Positions 49,743 to 58,072 of a DNA stretch of 63,266 nt are shown in pieces. This stretch comes from an uncultured Klebsiella sp. Its GTDB lineage: Bacteria; Pseudomonadota; Gammaproteobacteria; Pseudomonadales; UBA5518. The position numbers and the translations under genes are program-made. Where the stretch lies: positions 2,596-65,861 of the forward strand of contig CAZSYV010000004.1 of assembly GCA_964610955.1 (NCBI GenBank), written 5' to 3'. The first letter of the stretch is position 1, and every line of letters begins with the position of its first letter. The notes under the pieces are model-generated. The model did no database searches and was not told the origin of the DNA. It saw nothing but the letters and a program-made list of their open reading frames with translations.

Positions 49743-50827
49743 GGCCAGTCCCGTGCGGGGGAGAGGAAGGCGCCACGGGTTCTGATCGCCAGTTGCCAGA
49801 ACGCCGATGCGGCCATTGGGTCGCCTTCCATCGGTGCCAGGATCACGTTGACCGGTACCCCGCGAGGCAGTGCCGCAAGCGCCTGATTGAAGTACTTCAT
49901 GCGATCGCGGCCACTGACCTTGGACGGTGGGCTGCCACTGCCCTGCGTCGGCAGACCGTCGGTGATCAGGTAGATATTGTCGGGTGCAGGCTTCATTGCC
50001 GCGACAGCCTCGAATGCGGCAAGGAGGCTGGTTCCGCCACTGGGGGTGATCATATCCAGAGCGGCAATCGCCCGCCCGAGCTGCTCGCGGTCGCTGACCG
50101 GGAGCCACTTGCCGGCAGTGTCCGGCAGCAGCGTTTCGGCACGGGTGGAGAATGACAGGATCTGATACTCGGCATCGGACGGAAACCGGGCGCTGATCCA
50201 GTTGACCGTGGCAAGCGCACGTTGCCATTTTGCTGCCCGTCGCCGCACCGGTTCAGGCATGTTGCGCAGCCGGATGATGTTGACCAGCGAGTGATCGAGC
50301 ATGCTTGCCGAGCGGTCGAGCAGCACGACGATGCGCCGTCCACCGAGCTTCAGCCCGGTGAGGTACTGACGGTCGCCATCGCCGATGAAGCGGCGCACAT
50401 CGCTGCCCGAATGACGTTCGGTCTCGGCGCGCAGCTGCTCGTTGCGCTGTTCGAGCTCGCGCAGGTCGGCCTTGAGCTGGTTCAGATGCTCGTTGCGCGC
50501 ACTGCTGTCGTGGCGGTTCCTGGCGAGTTCCTCGCGCCGTTCGCGGATCTCGCGCAGCAGCTCCCGTGATCGCCCACGTGCCTCGACGGTGGAGTCGTCG
50601 ATCATCGAGATGGTGTTGTGCAGCACAGCGAGCTTCTCGTGCTCCTCGCGTACCTCGCGGTCGTAGAACTCCACTTCGGCGAGCAGTTCGCGACTCGCAT
50701 CCTGCGCACGCAGCTCGCCGGAGTGATCGATGATCAGGAATACCAGAATCGTTGCACCGAAGCCACACGACATGATGTCGAGGAACGACAGGCTGAAGAT
50801 GGAAAATTCGCGGCGTTTACGGGCCAT
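49739..50827 (-). CDS. Membrane-anchored vWA-domain protein 1
   Basis: TM 'FSLSFLDIMSCGFGATILVFLI', coiled coil, MIDAS 'LDRSAS', 'GGTS', 'LITDGLP'. Confidence 0.85.
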   Translation of the reverse strand: MARKRREFSIFSLSFLDIMSCGFGATILVFLIIDHSGELRAQDASRELLAEVEFYDREVREEHEKLAVLHNTISMIDDSTVEARGRSRELLREIRERREELARNRHDSSARNEHLNQLKADLRELEQRNEQLRAETERHSGSDVRRFIGDGDRQYLTGLKLGGRRIVVLLDRSASMLDHSLVNIIRLRNMPEPVRRRAAKWQRALATVNWISARFPSDAEYQILSFSTRAETLLPDTAGKWLPVSDREQLGRAIAALDMITPSGGTSLLAAFEAVAAMKPAPDNIYLITDGLPTQGSGSPPSKVSGRDRMKYFNQALAALPRGVPVNVILAPMEGDPMAASAFWQLAIRTRGAFLSPARDWP

Positions 50828-52196
50828 CGTCGTCGACAGCCGATTCGGCGACCAGCCGCAGCGTATCGTCTCCGTCGTCAGGCTGCAGATGCTGGCCCGC
50901 CTGCACTGGCAGCGGTGCACTCACCGGGACGCCGTCGAGGCGCAGCATGGTGCCTGGTGCGGGAACCAGCAGCCAGCGCGAACCGTCCCAGCGCAGCGTG
51001 CCGGCGTAGGTCTGTGGCATGCGCTGAGACAGAGTCCAGCCGTCACGGTCGTGGCACAGGTAAAGACTGCTCGGCCGAAGTCGCAGGGCGCGCCCGCCGA
51101 TCACGAGGTGGCTGGGCAGGACTGGACTGGCCAGCAGAGGAGGGGGGTCGGGTGGCGCGTCGAGCTGGTCTGCGGGCTGGCCGTTGCCGTCGGGCGATGC
51201 CTCGCTGGCCGGGAGCCGGGTGACGAAGCGCAGAGTGGTGTCATTGCTGCCGATCAGTGCCTCGTGGTGCAGGCAGCCACGGATCGCTGCCTGTTCCTCG
51301 AGTGATGTGAATGCGGGCAACAGCTCTCCGATGCCCGGCAACGCCGCGAAGCGCGCGCTGGCGAGCAGCAGTACATTCTCGGCTCCGAGTTCGCGCTGCA
51401 CGGCCTGCACGATCTGGGTGTAGATCGGTCGGGCCGCATCGAGCACATCGGGTGCGCGCAGCTTCGCGTGGTAGACGCTTGCGTTGCTGTGGATTTCGAC
51501 AGCGGCATCTTCGCTGCCGTGCAGCATGTCCAGCCAGTCGGGAATGCGGTCGTAGAGCTGCTGCTCGCTTGCGGCGGCGTGCATCGGGTCGAAGCGGCTT
51601 TGTTGGATGAAGCGCCGTGCCAGCAGCTGTGCCCAGCGCTCGTACAGCTGCACCAGCCCGCAGCCCGGCAGGGTACGCACCGATTCGCGTGTGAGCATGT
51701 CGGCCTCGTGCCCGATGCGTGTCAGCACGCACTGGTGAAGCTGCAGGTCGAGGTGCAGCGTTGCGCCGCGGGTTGTCACCGTGCTGGCGGCGGCGAGCGC
51801 GCTGTCGACCAGCCCGGTGGCGCGAAATGCAGTGCGCTGTACGACTCCGAGCAGCACTGCGAGCTGTTCGCGGGTGAAACTTCCAGGGACGGCCAGGATG
51901 AGCTGTTGCGCTCCGTTCGCGGCAGTGGCGAGCTGCTGCAGTTGGGCCCAGGCCAGGTCGGCATGATGGCGTGCATGGTCGTGAGCCTCGTGCAGCGCTT
52001 CGGTGCCGAGGCGCAGCCAGAACTGGTTCAGCGTCTGGCGCGGTTCGCGGCGTGCACGTGCGCGTGCCGCCTCGCCGGTGATCACCCCATTGCGTGTGAT
52101 CGTCGCGTAGCCCGGACTGCGCAGTGGTGCTGCCTTGCCGTCGCCGAGCAGCAGCGCCGTGTCGTTGAGCTCGAGCACCCGGCTGTGTGTGTTCAT
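50817..52196 (-). CDS. Hypothetical cytoplasmic protein: degenerate Hsp70/actin-like NBD plus FHA-like domain
   Basis: DnaK-like spaced motifs ('SPGYA..GEAA...P..T..', 'ILAVPGSF..EQ..', 'VDSALAAA', 'LHLDL'); C-terminal 'LDGVPV...V.AG..L'. Confidence 0.6.
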   Translation of the reverse strand: MNTHSRVLELNDTALLLGDGKAAPLRSPGYATITRNGVITGEAARARARREPRQTLNQFWLRLGTEALHEAHDHARHHADLAWAQLQQLATAANGAQQLILAVPGSFTREQLAVLLGVVQRTAFRATGLVDSALAAASTVTTRGATLHLDLQLHQCVLTRIGHEADMLTRESVRTLPGCGLVQLYERWAQLLARRFIQQSRFDPMHAAASEQQLYDRIPDWLDMLHGSEDAAVEIHSNASVYHAKLRAPDVLDAARPIYTQIVQAVQRELGAENVLLLASARFAALPGIGELLPAFTSLEEQAAIRGCLHHEALIGSNDTTLRFVTRLPASEASPDGNGQPADQLDAPPDPPPLLASPVLPSHLVIGGRALRLRPSSLYLCHDRDGWTLSQRMPQTYAGTLRWDGSRWLLVPAPGTMLRLDGVPVSAPLPVQAGQHLQPDDGDDTLRLVAESAVDDDGP

Positions 52197-52999
52197 GGCT
52201 CGCGTGTGACCTTCAGGTGTCCGAGCAGGCGGCGGTCGGAGTAGGCCTGTGCGTCGAGCACGAGGCGTTCCTGCTGCAGTTGCAGCTGGTGCATCAGGAA
52301 CATGAGCAGGATGCTGATCACCAGTGCGACGAAGGTCGAGTTGAACGCGACACCAAGCGCTGCGGTAACGCCGGTGATGTCGCCTTCGACGGCGCGGTGC
52401 GCCTGCGTCAGCGCCATGCCGATGCCGCGCACGGTGCCGATGAAGCCAAACGAGGGGATGGCCCACGCGATGTAGCGCACCATCGAGAGCTCGGACTCGA
52501 GCCGCTCTCCCTCGGTTTCGCAGACCTCGTGGATCGCATTCGCGGTGTCCTGGATGCTGCGTGTGGCAGCAAAGCGCTGCAGCCCTGCAACCAGGGCGCG
52601 TGGCAGCAGTGCACGCGCCGTTTCAGGTGGCAGCGCCTGGATCGGGCGCAGGTACTCGCGCGCGTCTTCCGGCAGGATGCTGGTTCCCTCGGGAACCTGT
52701 ACCAGCGGCTGTTCGAGCAGGCGTTTTTCGACGCGCAGCGCCATTCCCTTGTAGCCCATGATGGCGAAGGACCAGAACATCAGCACAAAGCAGATCTCCT
52801 GTTCGTAGTCCTTCACGATCACCCACACGGAGGGTGCATGTGCGCTGGTGTCACCGAGCGCGAGTCGTGCCTGCTCGGCGGCCAGTACGGCCTCGGCCTC
52901 TGGCGCCACCACGGCGACGTAGAAGGCATGAACCACGATCAGCGCAATCAGCAGCGCGACCAGCTGAAAGAGAAACTCGGAGGCAAACAGGCGTTTCAT
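52193..52999 (-). CDS. MotA/TolQ/ExbB proton-channel family protein
   Basis: 'AIPSFGFIGTVRGI', 'LGVAFNSTFVAL', three to four TM segments. Confidence 0.92.
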   Translation of the reverse strand: MKRLFASEFLFQLVALLIALIVVHAFYVAVVAPEAEAVLAAEQARLALGDTSAHAPSVWVIVKDYEQEICFVLMFWSFAIMGYKGMALRVEKRLLEQPLVQVPEGTSILPEDAREYLRPIQALPPETARALLPRALVAGLQRFAATRSIQDTANAIHEVCETEGERLESELSMVRYIAWAIPSFGFIGTVRGIGMALTQAHRAVEGDITGVTAALGVAFNSTFVALVISILLMFLMHQLQLQQERLVLDAQAYSDRRLLGHLKVTREP

Positions 53000-53009
53000 G
53001 GTGTGGTGT

Positions 53010-53246
53010 TCAGATATCGGACGGGAATGATACGGAGAGATCCTCCGCAATGCTCTCGCTGGGAATGAAGCGCTCATCTTCCGGGTTGCGCGTTGTCTGG
53101 TGTGTTGCGGTGCCTGCCTTCTCGGTGTCGGTATCGACCACTGGCGGAGCCGTGGGCGGCGGTGTGCCTGTCTGCGGCATGTCCTGCGTGTGTGCTGCTA
53201 CGGTGAATGCCAGCAGTGCGAACATCGATGCAGCGGAGTGTTTCAT
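53010..53246 (-). CDS. Small secreted protein with an acidic C-terminal motif
   Basis: Signal peptide 'MKHSAASMFALLAFTVAA', Pro/Thr linker, 'DERFIPSESIAEDLSVSFPSDI'; ATGA overlap with the upstream gene. Confidence 0.7.
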   Translation of the reverse strand: MKHSAASMFALLAFTVAAHTQDMPQTGTPPPTAPPVVDTDTEKAGTATHQTTRNPEDERFIPSESIAEDLSVSFPSDI

Positions 53247-55306
53247 TCGGCGTACCTTGCAATGCGGAAACCGAGGTCGGGGCGAGGCCCCTTTCCGTAG
53301 TCGCGAAACGCCAGGCGCAGTGTCGTGACATCGCCATTGCGCCAGCTGGCGCCACGGATCGTGTGCAGCTCGCCCGACTGCGGGCCGAGTGGGTCACTGG
53401 AGCTCGCACCAGGCAGCGGCTCGTAGGCATCGTGCATCCATTCTGCCACGTTGCCGTCGAGATCGAAGATGCCGTGGCGGTTCGCCTTGAAGCTGCGTCG
53501 TGGTGCGGCGACGGGGAAACCGTCGTCGTAGTTCGCGAGGATCTCCCCGAGCAGCGTCGCACCGCTGCGATCGGCGAAGTTGCCGGCCCCGCGCGGTGGC
53601 GGCAGATCCTGTCCCCAGGCGAATCGCAGCGTCGAACCGTCGGCCATCACGCCAGCCGCCCACGCCCACTCGGCCTCGCTCGGCAGGCGATAGCCGCGGC
53701 TGTTCGGGTCGAAGCCAACGACGTGGCCACCCTGCACGCGGTAGAAGGGCTCGAGCTTGTCCCGGGCGCTCAGCCAGTTGCAGTAGAGGGCTGCATCCTC
53801 CCAGCCGAGGTTCACCGCAGGCAGCGTGTCGGCATCGAGCGCCTTGCCCTTGAACTCCCCCGATGCATGTGCGGGACGGAAGCGGCGGAACTCGCCATTC
53901 CCGACCTCGGCAACACCGATGAAGAAGGGTCGCCGCATGCGGACTTCGTGCAGCGTTTCGTTGGCTCGCCGGCCGAGCTCGCGGCGCGAGGAGCCCATTG
54001 TGAAGGTGCCTGGTCGCAGCAGCACCAGTTCCTGGCCCTCGGAGCTGGTGATGCGCTCCTCGCGCGGTGCCGCAGCGGCCTTTGGGGTCGTCAACGGGCG
54101 CAGTTTCACCTCGATGCGCTGCGCAAAGCCTGGGCGCGGAGTGAAGCGCAGCTCGTGCGTCTGGTAGCCGCTGCGCTGGACGCGCAGCGTATGCTCGACT
54201 CCGGGTAGCGTGAGGCTGCGCGTGCCGCGCGACACGGGGCGCGCATCGAGCAGCACATCGGCATCCGCAGGTTCGATCGCGAGCTGTACCTCACCATTCT
54301 GGGGTGCCAGCTTCAGCGTCAGTGTCTGGGTGCCGGAGTTCGCCGGCAGGGAGCGGACGACGCGTTCATGACCGGCCTTGAAGGCGATCAGCTCATGTAC
54401 CTGACTCGAGTCGATTGCGAGCTCCAGTGGTGCACGTCCCTGGAATACGCCATCGAGCGTGATGCTTGCCCCTTCGGGGTGGGTGGTGATGCGCAGCACG
54501 GCATCGGCGCGTTCGAGAGTCAGCGGCTCGAGCGTGCGTTCCTCGCCGGCGTTGGCGTCGATCATCAGGACGCCATCGCGGTGACCATCCAGGCGAAGGC
54601 GCAGGTGGTGGGTGCCAGCCAGCAGCTCGATGCGTGCCGGCGTGCTCGCCACTGCGGCGTCATCGACCAGGATGGCTGCACCCGGAGGCTGGGAATCGAT
54701 GTCGTAGCTACCCCAGCCCGGGGCGAGCGTGACGTCCAGCGTCTGCAGTTCGCCCCTTCCGATAATGGAGATCGTCTGTTCGTGTGTGAGAAATCGATCT
54801 GCCTCGATGCGCAGTCGGTGGTCTCCGGCGGCGAGCCCGATAGGCGCTCCATTGCTGTCGCCAACTGGATTGTCGTCGATCACGATGTGTGCGATGACCG
54901 GCGTGGTGTGCACGGCAATGCGCCCCGGCAGCGGCATCAGCTGGATGGCGAGCTGCTGGTCGCGACTGGCGTCGATCCGTACCTCGCGCTGGGTGGCAGC
55001 GTATCCCGGGGCTGTTGCGTGCACCGTGTAGTCACCCGGGTGCAGCAGGACCCGTCGGCCGAAGGGAACTGTCGGTCCGCCGGAAACCGTCACCTGGGTG
55101 TTGCTGGGGTCGAGCTGCAGCACGAGCACTCGTGCACCGAGCACGAACCAGGTGACTGTCGCCAGAGCGACCAGCACCGCGCCAAGTGCAAACCAGTGTC
55201 CGCGTGGTCCGGTCCGGTGCCCACGTCGCGCTGCGGGTGGCGTATAAGCGAGTGGTGCGATCGGTTCATCGATACCCGTATCGCTTGCCTGATCGTGCCG
55301 ACTCAC
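53243..55306 (-). CDS. Membrane-anchored multi-PEGA plus FGE-sulfatase (SUMF1)-fold protein
   Basis: N-terminal TM; several PEGA repeats ('TTPV.A.I.ID', 'SQPPGA.I.VD', 'THPEGA.I.LDG'); C-terminal 'FTMGS', 'P.V..WEDA..YC.WLS', 'RLPSEAEW', 'GNVAEW', 'RGASW', 'GFR'. Confidence 0.9.
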   Translation of the reverse strand: MSRHDQASDTGIDEPIAPLAYTPPAARRGHRTGPRGHWFALGAVLVALATVTWFVLGARVLVLQLDPSNTQVTVSGGPTVPFGRRVLLHPGDYTVHATAPGYAATQREVRIDASRDQQLAIQLMPLPGRIAVHTTPVIAHIVIDDNPVGDSNGAPIGLAAGDHRLRIEADRFLTHEQTISIIGRGELQTLDVTLAPGWGSYDIDSQPPGAAILVDDAAVASTPARIELLAGTHHLRLRLDGHRDGVLMIDANAGEERTLEPLTLERADAVLRITTHPEGASITLDGVFQGRAPLELAIDSSQVHELIAFKAGHERVVRSLPANSGTQTLTLKLAPQNGEVQLAIEPADADVLLDARPVSRGTRSLTLPGVEHTLRVQRSGYQTHELRFTPRPGFAQRIEVKLRPLTTPKAAAAPREERITSSEGQELVLLRPGTFTMGSSRRELGRRANETLHEVRMRRPFFIGVAEVGNGEFRRFRPAHASGEFKGKALDADTLPAVNLGWEDAALYCNWLSARDKLEPFYRVQGGHVVGFDPNSRGYRLPSEAEWAWAAGVMADGSTLRFAWGQDLPPPRGAGNFADRSGATLLGEILANYDDGFPVAAPRRSFKANRHGIFDLDGNVAEWMHDAYEPLPGASSSDPLGPQSGELHTIRGASWRNGDVTTLRLAFRDYGKGPRPDLGFRIARYAE

Positions 55307-56886
55307 ACCTTCTCCACGCACTGCACGAGCACTTCGGCGGGAGTCTGTCCGGCACGTACGCGGAACTCGATGCGCACGTCGCGAAAGCCGTTGCGACGAC
55401 CGACGGCGACGTAATTCCCCGGCAGCAGTTCCAGGGTTCTTTCCACCAGCGTGCCGTAGCTGCCGACGCGCAGCACGCTGACCTCGGTCTGCCCGTCGGA
55501 GCGCAGCTGCAGCGTGAGGGGTGTGCTGTAGGTCCTCAGCAGGCCGCGTACCGCTGCCAGGCGTGCCTTCAGCCGGGGCCCCGGGTCGCTGATCGCGGCG
55601 GCACGGGCGAGCAGTTCGCCGGCACGGCTGCGTGTGCCCGGCTCGAGCAGGCGATCGGGTGTGTGTTCGAGTTCTGTCAGCGCCTCGTCGAGTGCGATGC
55701 GCCGTGCTGCCTCCCGGCTGCCTTCGATCGCGGGGCCGAGTGTCGCGTCGATCGTCAGTGCCGCATCGAAATCACGCCTTGCCTTCACCCAGTCCTCGGC
55801 GTGTGCCGCCTGGCGTGCGCTGCCGAGCAGCTCGGCAATGCGCTGCTGGCTGAGCTGGAACTGCGCCTGCTGCAGTCCTTCGCGTGCCTCCGTGCCCGTC
55901 CCGTGCAGCGCCAGTGCCGCGCGGAATTCCTTCGCTGCGCCTGCATTGTCGGCCCGTGCGAGTGCCCCGAAGCCGGCAGAAAGGTGCTCCCTGTAGCGTT
56001 GCCCGGCGATGCGTGAGCGCAGATCGTCGAGCGCCTTGCGCGCTGGCGCGTACTCGCCATCGAGCGCCAGCGCCTGCTCGTAGTTCTGTTGTGCCAGCGC
56101 TGTGTCGCCCGCTGCATCGGCAACGGTGGCCCGTGTGCTCAGTTCGAGCACCTGATCCAGCGTGGCGGCGCGCTGCAGTCCGTGGCGTGCTGCGGCGTTT
56201 TCCTGATCGATCGCCAGTGCTTCGGCAAACAGTGCGGTTGCCTGGGCGGAATCACCTGCCGCAAGCGCAGCGGAGCCGCGGGTGAGCCGATCCTGCAGCC
56301 GTGTGCCGATGCCGTCGAGCGTTGCCTGCAGGATGGCAGTTGCCTCGCGGTAGCGTGTCTGCGCCGTTTCATGATCCCCCTCACGGTATGCTGCATCGCC
56401 CTCGGCCGCGAGCGAGGACGCCTGCTCGAGTTCCGGCTTCGCCCAGTCGCCTGCCCGACGTTCCTGCAGTTCGTGCTGGAGCATGAGCAAGGTGTCCAAT
56501 GCCTTCTTTGCTGCCTGGCGCTGCTGTTCGTCGACCATCCGCGCGTAGGGTGACTCCGTGGCGGGGGGCTGGGCTTCGATCGGGGGCGCTGGCGGTGTGG
56601 CGTCGGTCGTCTGTGCCGATCCTGCCGTTGCAGAAGTTTCCGGGGTCATCGTCTGTGTCGCTGCTGCGTGCTGGCGGGCGACATAGTCGGGGAGCAGGAA
56701 GAAGACGCCAGCGGCAAGGGCGAGCAGGGCGCCGATCAGCAGTGCCGGCAGCGGCAACGGTCTGCGTTGAACGGCATTCGGGATGGGGCTCGCTGCCTGC
56801 GAGATATCGACTTTCGCTGGCAGGATGCGGTCGAACTCCTTGCCGCCCATCAATGGTGTTCCCGTCCCCGATCGAGGTGGATGCAC
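55303..56886 (-). CDS. Membrane-anchored TPR/coiled-coil protein with a C-terminal PEGA-like domain
   Basis: TM 'LLIGALLALAAGVFFLLP', Pro/Ala linker, TPR-like helices ('A..LF.EAL.ID.EN..A..GL'), beta-rich tail 'LLPGNY.A.G.R.GFRD'. Start is either GTG 56886 or ATG 56850. Confidence 0.75.
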   Translation of the reverse strand: MHPPRSGTGTPLMGGKEFDRILPAKVDISQAASPIPNAVQRRPLPLPALLIGALLALAAGVFFLLPDYVARQHAAATQTMTPETSATAGSAQTTDATPPAPPIEAQPPATESPYARMVDEQQRQAAKKALDTLLMLQHELQERRAGDWAKPELEQASSLAAEGDAAYREGDHETAQTRYREATAILQATLDGIGTRLQDRLTRGSAALAAGDSAQATALFAEALAIDQENAAARHGLQRAATLDQVLELSTRATVADAAGDTALAQQNYEQALALDGEYAPARKALDDLRSRIAGQRYREHLSAGFGALARADNAGAAKEFRAALALHGTGTEAREGLQQAQFQLSQQRIAELLGSARQAAHAEDWVKARRDFDAALTIDATLGPAIEGSREAARRIALDEALTELEHTPDRLLEPGTRSRAGELLARAAAISDPGPRLKARLAAVRGLLRTYSTPLTLQLRSDGQTEVSVLRVGSYGTLVERTLELLPGNYVAVGRRNGFRDVRIEFRVRAGQTPAEVLVQCVEKV

Positions 56887-56887
56887 A

Positions 56888-58072
56888 TCATGGCATGCCG
56901 GATTCTGCGGCGTAGATGTCACGCAGCACACCGCGCCACTGGCGGTACTGCTCCTCTGCAGTGCCGCTCAGTGTGACACGCCGCTCGTCGAGGTCGATGA
57001 CCCGTGGCTGGACTTCGGCACCCAGCGATGCACCGAGCTCCTTCAGTGTTTCCGCGTGCATCTTCGACTCCTCGCGCTTGTCCATGCCGCTCTTCACCAT
57101 GACCGCGCCGCCGATGATGCCCACGGATCCGGCCGCACGCGTTCGGGCGTTGTCACTGCCCTGCGCGGCGATGCCTCCGATGATCGCGGCAATTCCCGCC
57201 ACCGTGCGCAGGGTCGCCTGGCGACGCATCTCCTGGTATGCCAGGGCTTCGCCGTGGGTCTCGCGCCGCCAGTCCTGGTACGGTCGTGACATCTGTCGGG
57301 CAAAGGCGTCGTACTGATCCTGCAGCGTGTCGATGAACAGTGCGTCGCGTTCGCGGATGCGCCGCACTCGCTCGAGCATCGGATCGCTTTCTGCCGGCAG
57401 GCGAACGATGTGCGTGATTCCCTTGCGGTCGGTGTCGAGGTAGCCGTCGAAGGCCTGCGGCGAGAATGTGGCGGCGAACTTCAGCTCGGCGATGGTGCGC
57501 AGTTCACGTACGTGGCGGGGCTCGATCTCCGCACGATAGGCAGCCAGGTCGTTCGCGATGCGGTTGTATACGTCCTGAAAGGGGTCGAGGGCTGGTGCAC
57601 CCGCCGCGCTGTCGTAGCTGTAGCGACTTGCGGTGCCTTCATAGCGGCGGGTGTACCACCGGGCGCCGCTGACGTCGCTCGCGGTGATCTCGAGTTCGAG
57701 TTCGAGCCCGGTCGACTTGAGGATCCGTCCCTGCACGATCACATCGCTCACGGCAGTCTGGTCGGGAATCACGCGCACCGCGCCCCAGTGGCCGCTGCCC
57801 TGCAGGGTGGTGGCGAGCACCACCGGCATGTAGCGTGCCTCGGCCTCACGGATCTCGGGGGCGGTCAATATCTCGTTTTCGCCGAGCCGCTCCACGCCTG
57901 GGGCGAAAGGGCGCACGGCGACGTCCAGCAGTTCCTCTTCCGGGCGTGTGGGGTCGCCCTTGTTTACCGGTGTCACGGTCGTGGTGCGCACCGTGTTGGC
58001 GCCACAGGCACAGAGCAGCGCGAGCACACAGCTCAGCAGCGTGAAGCGGATCAGCAGTTGCAGCTGCCTCAT
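56888..58072 (-). CDS. Hypothetical lipoprotein with an alpha/beta domain and glycine-zipper hairpin
   Basis: Lipobox 'LLCAC'; 'VAGIAAIIGGIAA...AAGSVGIIGGAVMVKSG'. Confidence 0.75.
   Translation of the reverse strand: MRQLQLLIRFTLLSCVLALLCACGANTVRTTTVTPVNKGDPTRPEEELLDVAVRPFAPGVERLGENEILTAPEIREAEARYMPVVLATTLQGSGHWGAVRVIPDQTAVSDVIVQGRILKSTGLELELEITASDVSGARWYTRRYEGTASRYSYDSAAGAPALDPFQDVYNRIANDLAAYRAEIEPRHVRELRTIAELKFAATFSPQAFDGYLDTDRKGITHIVRLPAESDPMLERVRRIRERDALFIDTLQDQYDAFARQMSRPYQDWRRETHGEALAYQEMRRQATLRTVAGIAAIIGGIAAQGSDNARTRAAGSVGIIGGAVMVKSGMDKREESKMHAETLKELGASLGAEVQPRVIDLDERRVTLSGTAEEQYRQWRGVLRDIYAAESGMP

Noticed and set aside
48747-50827. vWA pair as a BatAB/MoxR chaperone system
   Set aside because: No MoxR AAA+ or DUF58 gene is in the locus, and the Asp-bearing TM plus the adjacent MotA-family gene fit better with an ion motor.
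53243-54000. FGE/CLec-fold domain as a diversity-generating retroelement target
   Set aside because: No reverse transcriptase and no template repeat/variable repeat pair were seen in the window.
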